Notes under the pieces: generated by a model
The model's database searches: none
Told to the model about the DNA's origin: nothing
What the model saw: the letters and a program-made list of their open reading frames with translations, nothing else
Position numbers and translations under genes: made by a program
In this document: positions 23,533 through 33,770 of the stretch, in pieces
Numbering within the stretch: the stretch's first letter is position 1
How the letters are laid out: every line of letters starts with the position of its first letter
Assembly: GCA_963695545.1 (NCBI GenBank)
Contig: OY968796.1
Location: forward strand, 2,336,001 to 2,400,000
From: Terriglobia bacterium
GTDB taxonomy: Bacteria; Acidobacteriota; Terriglobia; Acidiferrales; UBA7541
DNA length: 64,000 nt
Direction: 5' to 3'

Positions 23533-26500
23533 TTAGAACTCAAGAGACGCCTTCAGCTGAAGGATCCGAGCTGAAGCGTTCGCGCCAAGGAACGAACCAA
23601 AGGTACTAGTAGGCGACGAGACCGTGTTCAAGATTTGTCCGAATTCCGAATCGTCCACGTTTGCGTCGGGAGTATCGAAGTTCGGATGGTTGAAGACGTT
23701 GTAAGCGTTGGCGGCGAGCCCGATGCGCGCACCTTCCCATCGCGGCAGGGGGATGTACTTAGTGAGAGAAAAGTCGGCATCGAAGAAGTTAGGCCCACGG
23801 AGGGAGTTGCGCCCGGCGTTGCCAAACCCGCTCGTGGAACCGGTGTAATCGGCGGTGTTGATGCACGGCGAGTCGACGTTATTGCCGGGTCCGGAGCAAG
23901 CCGCGGAGCCGTGACTTCCGAGGAGAGTGGCGAAGATCGTTCCGCCGTAGCCGTTGTAGCTCAGCGCGCCGCTCTCGGTAAGGTCAACGGGAGTAAAAGG
24001 CAGACCGGAATGAACGAAGAACGTACCGGAAACCTGCCAACCGCCAACCACAGACTTTGCACGGCCGCCTGTCAGCTTGGCAAACGGCAGCTCCCAAACA
24101 TAGTTGGCCTTCAGATAGTGCCGGACGTCGTAGTCGGAATCGCCATAATTCGCCTTGATATCGAATGGGTTTTGCGGGTAATACGGAGACTCATTCGTCG
24201 CATAGGAAAACGGCAAGAAACCACCGTTGGAGATGTCATCCATCGCATGGCTCCAAGTATAGGCGATCTGCACTTCGCCAGAGGAATACCTGTGTGTGAA
24301 CGTCGCGCTCAAGCCGTTGTAATTGGAGACGCCCTCGGTGAAAACGCCGGTGACTTCTAGGAACTCAGGATCCGGCGGGGCCTCCGGCAAGCCGGCGAAG
24401 CCGTCGGCGTACCCGTTCAACCCGTTGTCGCTGATGGGCTCGTGAATGCCATGGTTCCCATCGTACTCAACGGCGAGTGAAGTGTTCGGTCCGAAGCGGT
24501 GCTCAACTTCGAGGTTCCACTTCTGATATTGCGGGATCTTCGTGCGGGCTTGCGTATAGGTGAGGTTGGGTGGCGCGAAAGCAGGCACCGCATCGGCAAT
24601 TTCGTTGGCCGATTCGCCCGCAGAGAATCCGGTAAGGAAGCCGGCATTCGACGCCGCTTCATCGGCAAACAGATTTGTGGTCGCGGGGACGCAACTGGAG
24701 CCGCCAGAGCCCCCAGACCCACAAGTTCCGGCGGTGGATTGCGCGGGAGAGAGGTAGTCTCCGAAGACCTCAAATTCCTGGAGCAAGGGCGGATTCGAGG
24801 CGATCTCCTCGGTGATTTGACCGGGGAAAGGATCGTTGAAAATACCGATCCCGCCGCGGATGATCGTGTGGGATCTGTCGCCGAGTGGTTCCCACGCGAA
24901 TCCCACTCGAGGCTGCCATTCAAGACCTTGGAGCCCGGAAAGAGCATCTCGATAGTTGCCGGTCAACACGGAATTGTACGGTGTGTCGCCGCTGCTTAAG
25001 TCCGGATTTGTGACGAGCTCCTCAAAGTCCTCGTTCAGACGCGCAAAGCAGTCATCTTTACACGTAGGGTTCGACTCGTGATCGACGCGGAGCGACAATG
25101 TCAGTGTGAAGTCAGGCTTCAACTGGATGTCATCCTCGGCGTAGCCTCCCATGCCCCAGAACTTAAAGCGCTGTTCGGGACTCTGCGGAAAAGCCTGGAT
25201 CATGATCGAAAGATTATCAATCTCTCCTGCCGAGGTTTCCTCGACAGGGTCCGCCGCATCGACGCCCCCATTGTAAAACGCGTCCGTGTCCAAGGCTTCT
25301 TCCAAGCCGTGGGTGTAAACGCCAAAACCGGAATCGGACGAGTAGTTCGTGCGCCATTTCGCCCCGAATCTAAATGTTTGCCGTCCGATGCTCTTTGAAT
25401 AGTCATCGGATATCTGGGCCTGCGTGACGTTCCTGCCTTCGGGCCAAGCGTAAGCGTCGGCATCGATCTGCGAAAACAGGCCGTTAGCGTAATACATGGA
25501 GGTTGGGAACGCCGACAACGCCGCGCTGGGATTCGCGAAATTGAACGGCGCCTCATACCAACTGCTGGAAACGAGAAATTGGTTGACTGCCGAGGGACCG
25601 AAAGTATGCGTTTCGTTCAGTTGGCCTTGAAACTCCGGCTGATTGCTGACCGCGTTAAAGGCCGAGTCGATAGGATCTGTGTAGGTGGCCTGCAATCCGT
25701 GGTCTTCCTGCCATCGGGCGAACAACGTGTCCTTGCTGCCCAGGTTGTAATCGATGCGCAGGGCGTAGATCTTCTCGTGCGTCGGGCTGCTGACATTCGT
25801 GTAGAACGAACCGGAGCAAGCCACGGTGCTGCCCAGACCGGTCCCATCGGTGGCGGCCCAGTTCCCGCACGACTCAAAGTTGCTCTCGCCGGGAGGCGGG
25901 AAGGTTGCGCGGCTGGCGCCAGGGGCGTTGTTGTAAAGATTGAACATCGTGTTGTAGTACGGAACCGAATCAGACAAACCCTGCGATTCCAAGTTCGCAA
26001 TCGTATCGGTTTCAAATGCCTTCGTCGGAACGAGAACTTGCTCGCTGCTGGGGATGATCAGGAAGAGGCCCTCGGTGTCGAAATAGAAGAAGAGTTTGTT
26101 CTTTACGATGGGTCCGCCAATGTCGGCGCCATATTGGTTGGCATTGATGAATGATTTCGGGGTGCCCGAATTATCATCGAACCAGGTGTTGGCATCCAAT
26201 GCGCTCCCGTTCCAAAAGTAATTCGCCTTCCCGTGAAATTGGTTGCTCCCCGACCTGGTGACGTAGTTCACATTGGAGCCCGCCGCTCCGCCGAATGCAC
26301 CGCCGTAGCTGCTGGTGGTTACGGTGACTTCCTGCACTTCGTTGAGGCCGAGGGAAAGATTCGTCGCGCCGGAATTGTTCAGGTTCAGATAGGGATCGTT
26401 GTCGTCCATGCCATCGAGAGTGAACAGGTTGCTGGTGGCCGAGATACCGTTGGCCGAAAAGTTTCCGTAGCCACCCTCGGTGTTCATCACGGTCCCAGTA

Positions 26501-26991
26501 GCCATTTGCGCCGCATAGGTAATGTCGTTGCCCGGATTAGGCGTCTGCTGAACTTGTGACTGTGTCAGATCCGACGCGGAACTGGTGTCCCGAACGTCCA
26601 GGGTAATGGCTGTCTCGCTCACTTCGACGGTCTCGGATGCTGCTCCGACCTCCAACTGAAACCTGATGTTGGACGTGCTTCCTACCTGGACTTCGACCTT
26701 CCCGATCATGCTGTGGAAATTGGGCGTACTCACCCTGACGAGATAAGATCCGGGCTTGAGCAATGGAAACAGGAAGCTCCCGAGCGAGTTCGTGTGCGCG
26801 GGCTGCTGGGTCTCACCGGTTGCAACGTTTTCGATCGTAACCCGAGCGTTTGGCACCGCAGCCCCGGTTGTGTCCGTGACGGACCCGCTGACGCCGCCGC
26901 TCACGGTGTTCTGGGCGCGAATTACGGCCGGAATCGCTATTAGCAGGGCCAAGCATGCAAGAATCGCGTAGAAAGATCGAATTTTCGTCAT
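23533..26991 (-). CDS. Oar-type TonB-dependent outer-membrane receptor with N-terminal carboxypeptidase-regulatory-like domain
   Basis: Signal peptide MTKIRSFYAILACLALLI, SGSVTDTTGAAVPNA, VTRSGSNQFHG, NQYGADIGGPIVKNKLFF, C-terminal LKASLEF; GGAGGG RBS. Confidence 0.9.
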   Translation of the reverse strand: MTKIRSFYAILACLALLIAIPAVIRAQNTVSGGVSGSVTDTTGAAVPNARVTIENVATGETQQPAHTNSLGSFLFPLLKPGSYLVRVSTPNFHSMIGKVEVQVGSTSNIRFQLEVGAASETVEVSETAITLDVRDTSSASDLTQSQVQQTPNPGNDITYAAQMATGTVMNTEGGYGNFSANGISATSNLFTLDGMDDNDPYLNLNNSGATNLSLGLNEVQEVTVTTSSYGGAFGGAAGSNVNYVTRSGSNQFHGKANYFWNGSALDANTWFDDNSGTPKSFINANQYGADIGGPIVKNKLFFYFDTEGLFLIIPSSEQVLVPTKAFETDTIANLESQGLSDSVPYYNTMFNLYNNAPGASRATFPPPGESNFESCGNWAATDGTGLGSTVACSGSFYTNVSSPTHEKIYALRIDYNLGSKDTLFARWQEDHGLQATYTDPIDSAFNAVSNQPEFQGQLNETHTFGPSAVNQFLVSSSWYEAPFNFANPSAALSAFPTSMYYANGLFSQIDADAYAWPEGRNVTQAQISDDYSKSIGRQTFRFGAKWRTNYSSDSGFGVYTHGLEEALDTDAFYNGGVDAADPVEETSAGEIDNLSIMIQAFPQSPEQRFKFWGMGGYAEDDIQLKPDFTLTLSLRVDHESNPTCKDDCFARLNEDFEELVTNPDLSSGDTPYNSVLTGNYRDALSGLQGLEWQPRVGFAWEPLGDRSHTIIRGGIGIFNDPFPGQITEEIASNPPLLQEFEVFGDYLSPAQSTAGTCGSGGSGGSSCVPATTNLFADEAASNAGFLTGFSAGESANEIADAVPAFAPPNLTYTQARTKIPQYQKWNLEVEHRFGPNTSLAVEYDGNHGIHEPISDNGLNGYADGFAGLPEAPPDPEFLEVTGVFTEGVSNYNGLSATFTHRYSSGEVQIAYTWSHAMDDISNGGFLPFSYATNESPYYPQNPFDIKANYGDSDYDVRHYLKANYVWELPFAKLTGGRAKSVVGGWQVSGTFFVHSGLPFTPVDLTESGALSYNGYGGTIFATLLGSHGSAACSGPGNNVDSPCINTADYTGSTSGFGNAGRNSLRGPNFFDADFSLTKYIPLPRWEGARIGLAANAYNVFNHPNFDTPDANVDDSEFGQILNTVSSPTSTFGSFLGANASARILQLKASLEF

Positions 26992-27187
26992 TAGCGTTCC
27001 CTCCCCGCACGGGTGATGGAAATGGTTTGTCAAATCAATAGGCCCGCCACAAGACATTTGCTAAACGTCCTCGCGTATGTGTCTAAAATTTGGGTGGTTC
27101 TACCACGATCGCACCGGATGCAACCCGGCATCCGCAATACCCGTCTCCGGTCCCCACTCAGGGCCGGGCCAATATGGTCCGACATTA

Positions 27188-27203
27188 TGCACAATACGTG
27201 CCA
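27188..27203 (-). promoter_or_regulatory. Putative sigma54 (-24/-12) promoter of the receptor gene
   Basis: Minus strand TGGCACGTATTGTGCA (GG-N10-GC), ~200 nt upstream of the ATG. Confidence 0.65.
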
Positions 27204-27440
27204 AATCGGCACCACTTTTGGCGAAATAAGTCCTGTGTTTTTATATCGTTTTGAGACGGCTTGTGCAATACGAAATTAGGTCAGAGTTTCCATACCTAAA
27301 ACAATATGAGAGCTACAGTTTTACGGATGATTTCACCGAGACGGACGGAAAACGGGGTCGCCGCCGGGCAGTATCGGGTAAGCGAGTAACTTGCGGAGGA
27401 CGCGGGCACCCGCGAGCGGGTGCGGTCCTGACCGATCGAT

Positions 27441-28151
27441 TTACTCAATTCGATCGGCGTGGAGCAGGTCTCCGCGAACGCTCACTTCGATGGATATGGG
27501 CGGCCGCAAGCCACCACCCTGGACAATGGCCCCGCGAATCCAGGCTCCGTCGGAGCGCTGACCCATCCTCAATGGATCGAAGACCGTTTGGGTGCATGGG
27601 TCAACAACCATGGGATGGCTCGCGGAGAAGCCGTACTGACTGGCCAGGACACTGAGATCGGTTACATAGAGGAGCTGGCACGTGCCGAAGGGCTCGGCGA
27701 GCGAGAAGGCCCAATAGGAGCTGCTTTTGTCAGGCGAGGATCCCGGCAGCCGCACGACCATGGAGGGCACGCCCTCGTGCGTCAGGGGGTGAACGAACAT
27801 GAATGGCTTTGAGGACCAGGGCTTGGCTAGTTCTTCGAGGGAGCCAATTTGGCCGGGATCGCCTGACGGCGCCGGCTTTTGAGGGACAGGCGGGGCTGGA
27901 GAAGACACATCTTCGAGATTCGCGGCTGCAGCAGGCGCGACAACGGCCCCGGCTCGCGCGTGGAGGTGATGGCGAATTCCGAGGGCCAGCCCCGCGACGA
28001 GCAGCACTCCTGCGACTGCAGCCAGAGCGGCTGCGGCCCCCTTTGAGATGTTTAGGCGAGACCAAGAACCGCCGCCGCGGCCCGAGCTGACTCCCGGAAT
28101 GCTCGGCATCTGGGCTTGGAAGCGATCGGCGCTGGGGGGCGATTGAGCCAT
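27441..28151 (-). CDS. Membrane-anchored protein with degenerate Rieske-like domain
   Basis: One TM helix, Pro/Ala linker, AFSLAEPFGTC...VVDPCTQTVFDP...GAIVQGGGLRPP. Confidence 0.7.
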   Translation of the reverse strand: MAQSPPSADRFQAQMPSIPGVSSGRGGGSWSRLNISKGAAAALAAVAGVLLVAGLALGIRHHLHARAGAVVAPAAAANLEDVSSPAPPVPQKPAPSGDPGQIGSLEELAKPWSSKPFMFVHPLTHEGVPSMVVRLPGSSPDKSSSYWAFSLAEPFGTCQLLYVTDLSVLASQYGFSASHPMVVDPCTQTVFDPLRMGQRSDGAWIRGAIVQGGGLRPPISIEVSVRGDLLHADRIE

Positions 28152-28156
28152 CGAAG

Positions 28157-28552
28157 TCAATACTTCCTCATGTGGATTTCCGTGCCGCCACGTTCGTAGG
28201 TTACCTCATCCATCAGCCGATGAATGAGGAAGACTCCGCGGCCGTGCTCAGAATGTACATTGTCTTTAAGAGTCGGGTCCGGGAGACGCGTGGGATCAAA
28301 ACCCGCGCCCGGGTCGCGCACCACGATCAAGATCCCGCCGGCATCGTTGAAGTCCACGCCACATTCGACGGATTTGGTTGGATCTCCATGGCAGCCGTGC
28401 AGGATCGCGTTGGCCAGCGCCTCGCGCACGGCCATCTCGATCTCGAATTCTTTGCCAGAGGCTCGGCCGGAGCGGCGCACGAGTTGGAGGACGGAGTCGA
28501 CCGCGCGGGATATCGCGGAGATTTCAGCGGGGAGTGAGGTTTCAAATTGCAT
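28157..28552 (-). CDS. RsbW-like anti-sigma factor / HATPase_c_2 ATP-binding protein
   Basis: EALANAILHG, DPGAGFDP, GRGVFLIHRLMD. Confidence 0.88.
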   Translation of the reverse strand: MQFETSLPAEISAISRAVDSVLQLVRRSGRASGKEFEIEMAVREALANAILHGCHGDPTKSVECGVDFNDAGGILIVVRDPGAGFDPTRLPDPTLKDNVHSEHGRGVFLIHRLMDEVTYERGGTEIHMRKY

Positions 28553-28572
28553 GCGAGTGTCCGAGACTAGAG

Positions 28573-28926
28573 TTATTCGGCAAATCCGCCGGGCCGGGCG
28601 GAGCGCCGGGCTTCAATCGTATGGTGCGCGACGTACTCGTGCAGGTTTGCCAGGCACAACAATAATTCCAGAAGACGGGTGCGCTCGATTGGATCGGGCG
28701 CCCCGCCGCCTTTCGCCAGAGTCTCGGCGGCGACATCGCCCTGCAAAAGCAGCCAATCGAAGGACCCGGGAACGACCGGTCCGCCGGTTTGGCAGATTTC
28801 GAGGGCCGCCTCGACTCGGACGAAGGCCATCTCGAGGTAATGCCCCAGGCATAGGCCCTGCGTCGCGAGGGATGGCAGAACGTCACGACGGCAGCCGGCA
28901 ACTTGACAGGATACGCACATGGCCAC
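28573..28926 (-). CDS. Hypothetical protein with N-terminal Cys/His cluster
   Basis: CVSCQVAGC...LCLGHYL; co-oriented 20 nt upstream of the RsbW-like gene. Confidence 0.6.
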   Translation of the reverse strand: MAMCVSCQVAGCRRDVLPSLATQGLCLGHYLEMAFVRVEAALEICQTGGPVVPGSFDWLLLQGDVAAETLAKGGGAPDPIERTRLLELLLCLANLHEYVAHHTIEARRSARPGGFAE

Positions 28927-29297
28927 GACACACCCCCGCCAGTGGCAGGTGAGATTGCACGAAAGTCGCCACTAGGCGAAGACGCCGAGGCGACTGCAAA
29001 TGCAACAGTTAGGACGGCATGTCGGGCGAGTGCCAGTGGATTGCTTTCGCAATGCGGATAGAAATTAGCCGAGCTGGGAATTCCGCGAGGCAGACCGGAG
29101 TTCGACTCATGATTGCTGTGCCGTTTCGGTTCCGCCGAGGCGCGGAGTACCGACCACGAAATATTGAGCTACGAAGGGAGCGGGCTGCGCGGGTATAGGG
29201 CGGCGGGAATTCGGATTCTTCTGTTACGAAGTATCGATCGGGGGCTCGCGATCGCGCTAGGAGCCGACTGCGGGAATTTGGGCCGGATGGCTCGCTT

Positions 29298-29909
29298 TTA
29301 GAAGCTGAACGCGATGCCGGTATTAATGTTGAAGTTCGGTTGATTGCTGCCGAACTCGCGCGTTCCCAAAAAATCTCCTCCGAAGGTCCAGAAGGCGCGT
29401 GGTCCGATGCGGACATCCGCGCCAGCGCCTGCGATGTAGGCAAATCCATTATCGCTTCCGAGAAATGGGGAAACTTGGCTAAAGCGGAGGTATTGGCCGC
29501 CTAGCAAAACGTGTATATACGGTTGAAAGCGGGTGCGCTCGGGTCCGATGCGGACGCCGCCGCCGTAGAAAATGGAACTCGATTCCAATTTGACGTCCGG
29601 CTTGTAGGTCGCCCAACCAAAGCCGGCAGTGACGTCGCCTTCGAGAGCGAAATCGTGACCAAGGTAACCTGTGAGATCGGTATTGACCCCGTTGTTATGA
29701 AACGAGAGACCGTCTTGCCTGTAGAATCCCGTGAATTGATAACTGAAGTCAATTCGCAGCGGAAATTCCTGGCTTGACCCATAGGGCGGAGGAGTCGGCG
29801 CGGCGCCGGCCGGCGTGCTCGGTGCGAGCGTCAGGTTCAAACCCTGCGCGGCAGCGCCAAGCGAAAATACCAGCACGGACGCGAACACCATCAGAATAAT
29901 TCTGCGCAT
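29298..29909 (-). CDS. Small outer-membrane beta-barrel protein
   Basis: Signal peptide, alternating beta strands, C-terminal GIAFSF; AGGAGG RBS. Confidence 0.8.
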   Translation of the reverse strand: MRRIILMVFASVLVFSLGAAAQGLNLTLAPSTPAGAAPTPPPYGSSQEFPLRIDFSYQFTGFYRQDGLSFHNNGVNTDLTGYLGHDFALEGDVTAGFGWATYKPDVKLESSSIFYGGGVRIGPERTRFQPYIHVLLGGQYLRFSQVSPFLGSDNGFAYIAGAGADVRIGPRAFWTFGGDFLGTREFGSNQPNFNINTGIAFSF

Positions 29910-30183
29910 CGGACGATCCTCCTGTACCCAGCTATCCCGCATCCCTTTGATGCAACAATCTTACGATCCGGCGCTGATGTGTGCATCCACATTGGAACAT
30001 ATCGTTGCCGCCAAGTAAACAGGAGCTAGAACGGCCCGCCGGATGCACGGGCGAGTCCGATTCGGGAAAAGCAGAACTGACGGCTGACATTGAAAGGCCC
30101 GTCCGCGAAAGTCGGCCGTGAAGCGACTATTCGCGGTGACGAGTGCGCGGGAATCCGGCGCAGCGGACGGGATAAATTCGGCT

Positions 30184-33054
30184 TCAGGCCGCTTGGCCGT
30201 GACACTTCTTGTATTTTTTCCCGCTACCGCAGGGGCAGGGATCGTTGCGGCCGATTTTGGCACCGGTGCGCACTGGCTTCGGGGCTTCGGCTTGCGCGGC
30301 GCCGGCTTGATACTGCATTTGTTGCTGTTGCCTGCGCTGGCGGCGTTCGATTTCCTTGGCTTGATCCTCAGGCCGCGCGGGCTGGATCAGGAAAAGATAG
30401 CGGACAGTTTCCGCGTCGATGCGGCCCATCAACTCTTCAAACAGCGTGAATGCTTCGCGTTTGAATTCGACCAGCGGATCTTTTTGCCCGTAGCCGCGCA
30501 GGCCGATGCCTTCTTTCAGGTGATCGAGCGTGAGCAGATGGTCTTTCCATTGCGTGTCGACGCGATCGAGGATCACGCGGCGCTCGAGCCAGCGCATCAT
30601 CTCGCTTCCGAACTGCTTTTCTTTGTCCTCGTAGCGCTGCTTGACGGCGGCGACGATCGCGTCGCTCAATTCGGCATTCGTTAGCATCGTCGGATCGATG
30701 CCTACGGCCTTTAGGTCGATGCCGAATTGCGCGAGCACTTCGCCCGCGAGCGCTGTGGTGTTCCATTTTTCGGGGTGTTCGTTTGGAGGGCAGGTGTTGT
30801 TGACGATCTCCATCGCCAGTTCTTCGGCGATGCCCATGGCGTATTGCTTCTGATCTTTTCCTTCAAGCGCGGAGCGGCGAATCGAATAGATCGTTTCGCG
30901 CTGCTTGTTCATCACGTCGTCGTATTCGAGCAGGTGTTTGCGCTGCTCGAAGTTTTGCGCTTCACGCGATTCCTGCGCGGTCTCGATGCGCTTGGAAATG
31001 AGGCGTGATTCGATGGGCACTCCTTCGGTCATTCCGAGACGAAACATCAAGGCTTTGACGCGCTCGCCGCCGAAGACGCGCAGCAGATCGTCTTCGAGCG
31101 AAAGGAAAAAGCGCGAAGAACCGGGATCGCCCTGGCGGCCGGCGCGGCCGCGAAGTTGATTATCAATGCGGCGAGCTTCGTGCCGCTCGGTGCCCAGGAT
31201 GTGCAGGCCGCCGAGCGCCACGACCTCATCGTGCTCGGCGCGGCACTGCTGATTGAAATCATCGTAGAGCGGTTTCCACTGATCGAGCGGAACCTCAAAT
31301 ACTTTGCCTTCATGCTGGAACAGAACCATGTTCGGCGGCGCTACGCCGCTCGGATCGTCGGTGCCGATCACCGGCGCGGCCGAAGCGTGCGGGATGGCGA
31401 GCTTGTTCTTCAGGCAATATTCGCGCGTCATGGCTTCGGGATTGCCGCCGAGCAGGATGTCGGTGCCGCGTCCCGCCATGTTGGTGGAAACGGTCACCGA
31501 ACCCTTGCGGCCGGCTTGCGCGATCACTTTGGCTTCGCGCTCGTGCTGTTTGGCGTTGAGCACCTGATGCGGGATACCGGCTTTTTTGAGATGTTCGGCG
31601 AGCTGCTCGGATTTTTCGATCGAGATTGTGCCCAGCAGGACGGGCTGGCCCGATTCGTGGATCTGGCGCACGCCGTGCTCGTAGGTGCCGTCTTCCTGAA
31701 GGATGCCGTTGACGACGGCGGTGAACTTTTCCGCTTCTGTGCGGTACACGACGTCATGGAATTCCTGGCGGCGCAAGTCGCGGTTGGTGGGAATCACGCA
31801 GACGTCAAGGCCATAGATTTTGTGGAATTCGGCGGCCTCGGTTTCGGCCGTGCCGGTCATGCCGGAAAGCTTGCTGTACATGCGGAAATAGTTCTGGAAG
31901 GTGATGGTCGCGAGGGTTTGATTTTCGCGCTCGATCTTCACGCCTTCCTTGGCTTCGACGGCCTGATGAAGACCGTCGGACCAGCGGCGGCCGGGCATTT
32001 CGCGGCCGGTGAATTCATCCACGATGATCACTTCGCCGTTTTTGACGACGTAATCGACGTCGCGTTTGTAAAGGGTGTGCGCGCGCAGGCCCTGATAGAC
32101 GTGATGCATGGTCTCGATATTCACGGCATCGGAGAGATTGGTGATGCCGAGCAATCGCTCGCACTTGCTGAAGCCTTCTTCGGTGAGCGTCGCAGTGCGC
32201 AGCTTTTCGTCGACGGTGTAGTCGATTTCCTGAATCAGCTTGGGAATGATTTTGTCGATGCGGTAATACTTGTCGGCGGCTTCGTCCGAAGGCCCCGAAA
32301 TAATCAGCGGCGTGCGCGCTTCGTCGATCAGGATCGAATCGACTTCGTCGACGATGGCGAACCGGTGGCCGCGCTGGACGCATTGCTCGAGATCGTACTT
32401 CATGTTGTCGCGCAGATAATCGAAGCCGTACTCGTTGTTCGTGCCGTAGGTAATGTCGGCTCCGTAGGCCGCGCGGCGCTGCAGGTCGTCCAAATCGTGC
32501 ACAATCACGCCGACGGTGAGGCCGAGCGCTTTGTAAATCGGCGCCATCCATTCGGCGTCGCGGCGTGCCAGATAATCGTTCACGGTGACGATGTGCACGC
32601 CGCGCCCGGCCAGCGATTCAAGATACGCCGGCAGCGTGGCCACGAGCGTTTTGCCTTCGCCGGTTTTCATCTCGGCGATGCGCCCTTGATGCAGCACGAC
32701 TCCGCCGATCAATTGCACATCGAAGTGGCGCATTCCCAGCGTGCGACGGCCGGCCTCGCGCACCGCGGCGAAGGCCGGTTCGAGCACGAGATCGAGCGCC
32801 GCATTCACCAGCTGCTTGTACTCGAAGCTCCTGCGGTAATCAGGATCCTCGTTGGTGTCTTTTGCGAGTTCCGCCTGAACCACGGCGCGCAACTCGACCG
32901 TCTTGGCGAGCAGCTCCGCGTCGGTCAACGCCTCAAATTCGGGCGCGAGCGCGTTGATGGCGTCCACGCGCGGCTGAATTTTCTTGATGTCGCGCTCGTG
33001 CTTGGTGCCGATAAAGCGCGCGACTACGCCATCTATGATTTCTTCGACTTTCAT
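30184..33054 (-). CDS. secA: Preprotein translocase ATPase SecA
   Basis: [54 protein letters not shown]. Confidence 0.98.
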   Translation of the reverse strand: MKVEEIIDGVVARFIGTKHERDIKKIQPRVDAINALAPEFEALTDAELLAKTVELRAVVQAELAKDTNEDPDYRRSFEYKQLVNAALDLVLEPAFAAVREAGRRTLGMRHFDVQLIGGVVLHQGRIAEMKTGEGKTLVATLPAYLESLAGRGVHIVTVNDYLARRDAEWMAPIYKALGLTVGVIVHDLDDLQRRAAYGADITYGTNNEYGFDYLRDNMKYDLEQCVQRGHRFAIVDEVDSILIDEARTPLIISGPSDEAADKYYRIDKIIPKLIQEIDYTVDEKLRTATLTEEGFSKCERLLGITNLSDAVNIETMHHVYQGLRAHTLYKRDVDYVVKNGEVIIVDEFTGREMPGRRWSDGLHQAVEAKEGVKIERENQTLATITFQNYFRMYSKLSGMTGTAETEAAEFHKIYGLDVCVIPTNRDLRRQEFHDVVYRTEAEKFTAVVNGILQEDGTYEHGVRQIHESGQPVLLGTISIEKSEQLAEHLKKAGIPHQVLNAKQHEREAKVIAQAGRKGSVTVSTNMAGRGTDILLGGNPEAMTREYCLKNKLAIPHASAAPVIGTDDPSGVAPPNMVLFQHEGKVFEVPLDQWKPLYDDFNQQCRAEHDEVVALGGLHILGTERHEARRIDNQLRGRAGRQGDPGSSRFFLSLEDDLLRVFGGERVKALMFRLGMTEGVPIESRLISKRIETAQESREAQNFEQRKHLLEYDDVMNKQRETIYSIRRSALEGKDQKQYAMGIAEELAMEIVNNTCPPNEHPEKWNTTALAGEVLAQFGIDLKAVGIDPTMLTNAELSDAIVAAVKQRYEDKEKQFGSEMMRWLERRVILDRVDTQWKDHLLTLDHLKEGIGLRGYGQKDPLVEFKREAFTLFEELMGRIDAETVRYLFLIQPARPEDQAKEIERRQRRQQQQMQYQAGAAQAEAPKPVRTGAKIGRNDPCPCGSGKKYKKCHGQAA

Positions 33055-33252
33055 CGTTTCCCTGAGGTGGCTTCTCCGCGGAGCGTACGCCGTGCGCCGC
33101 TCGAAAATCGCCCGTATACAACAGAAGCAGTCCCACTGCCCCGGGACTGCTTCCGGTGAAGTCTGGACGACAAAATCATTGTACCGCGCCCGGCGCGCAG
33201 GGTGCAAAGTAGGGCGGCGGGGGTTGCTGGAGCGGAGGTGGAAATGGGATCA

Positions 33253-33561
33253 GGTATATATACCCCCGGTATATTTTGCGAAAGTGCAGTAAACAAAGGG
33301 GATGCAGGGAAAGAGTGCGGATGAGTGTGAAAAGACAGTGAGTTAAAAGTTCTTTGTTTGAATGAGTTGCGCACTCTTTTGTAATGCATTGAAAACAATG
33401 TGGTTGCGGACGGGGATAATGCGATGAATGGAGCGACGCGGTTCACTTCGGGCGTCCCGGGGAAAAGTGCGCGGGCACGACAATTCGAATTGGTGGGAGA
33501 GAACACGGAAAAAGGTAGCATAACTGTATAACAATGTCAAGTACTACTTGAGTATTCGAAA
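33253..33561. repeat. Dispersed non-coding element, copy B
   Basis: ACCCCCGGTATATTTTG left end; four AT-rich motif copies; right end TGTCAAGTACTACTTGAGTATTCGAA. Confidence 0.72.
33512..33540 (-). promoter_or_regulatory. Sigma70-type promoter inside copy B
   Basis: Minus strand TTGACA-N17-TACCTT with TG extended -10. Confidence 0.65.
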
Positions 33562-33770
33562 CAATTTCCACAGGGTGAGAAGATTCCGAAAGCCCAATGG
33601 CAAATCCAACTCGCCCGCGAGCGGCGGGGCGGGCGCGCGGGGTAGCGGGAAGGGCGTGACTCGGGCAGTCCCAGCGCCCTTGCTGTATTGCAGGGTGACA
33701 CCCGGCGCGTTCTCGTTCAGAATGAAGTGTTCGCGGCGGCGTGCGTGCCGTCGCAGGGAGAAACCGACCG

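Noticed and set aside
28943..28959. TGGCAG...TTGCA as a sigma54 promoter
   Set aside because: GG-GC spacing is 11 rather than 10, and no gene follows on that strand.
30103..30136. Hairpin downstream of secA
   Set aside because: Bulged stem with a weak T tract; at most an ordinary terminator.
31156..33159. Long antisense ORFs (e.g. opposite secA, aspS, lon and the r-protein genes)
   Set aside because: Shadow frames of high-GC coding genes with no recognisable motifs.
33595..33660. GGCAAA...GGTAGCGGG resembling a c-di-GMP-I riboswitch
   Set aside because: The conserved GCAAAGC junction and second stem are missing.
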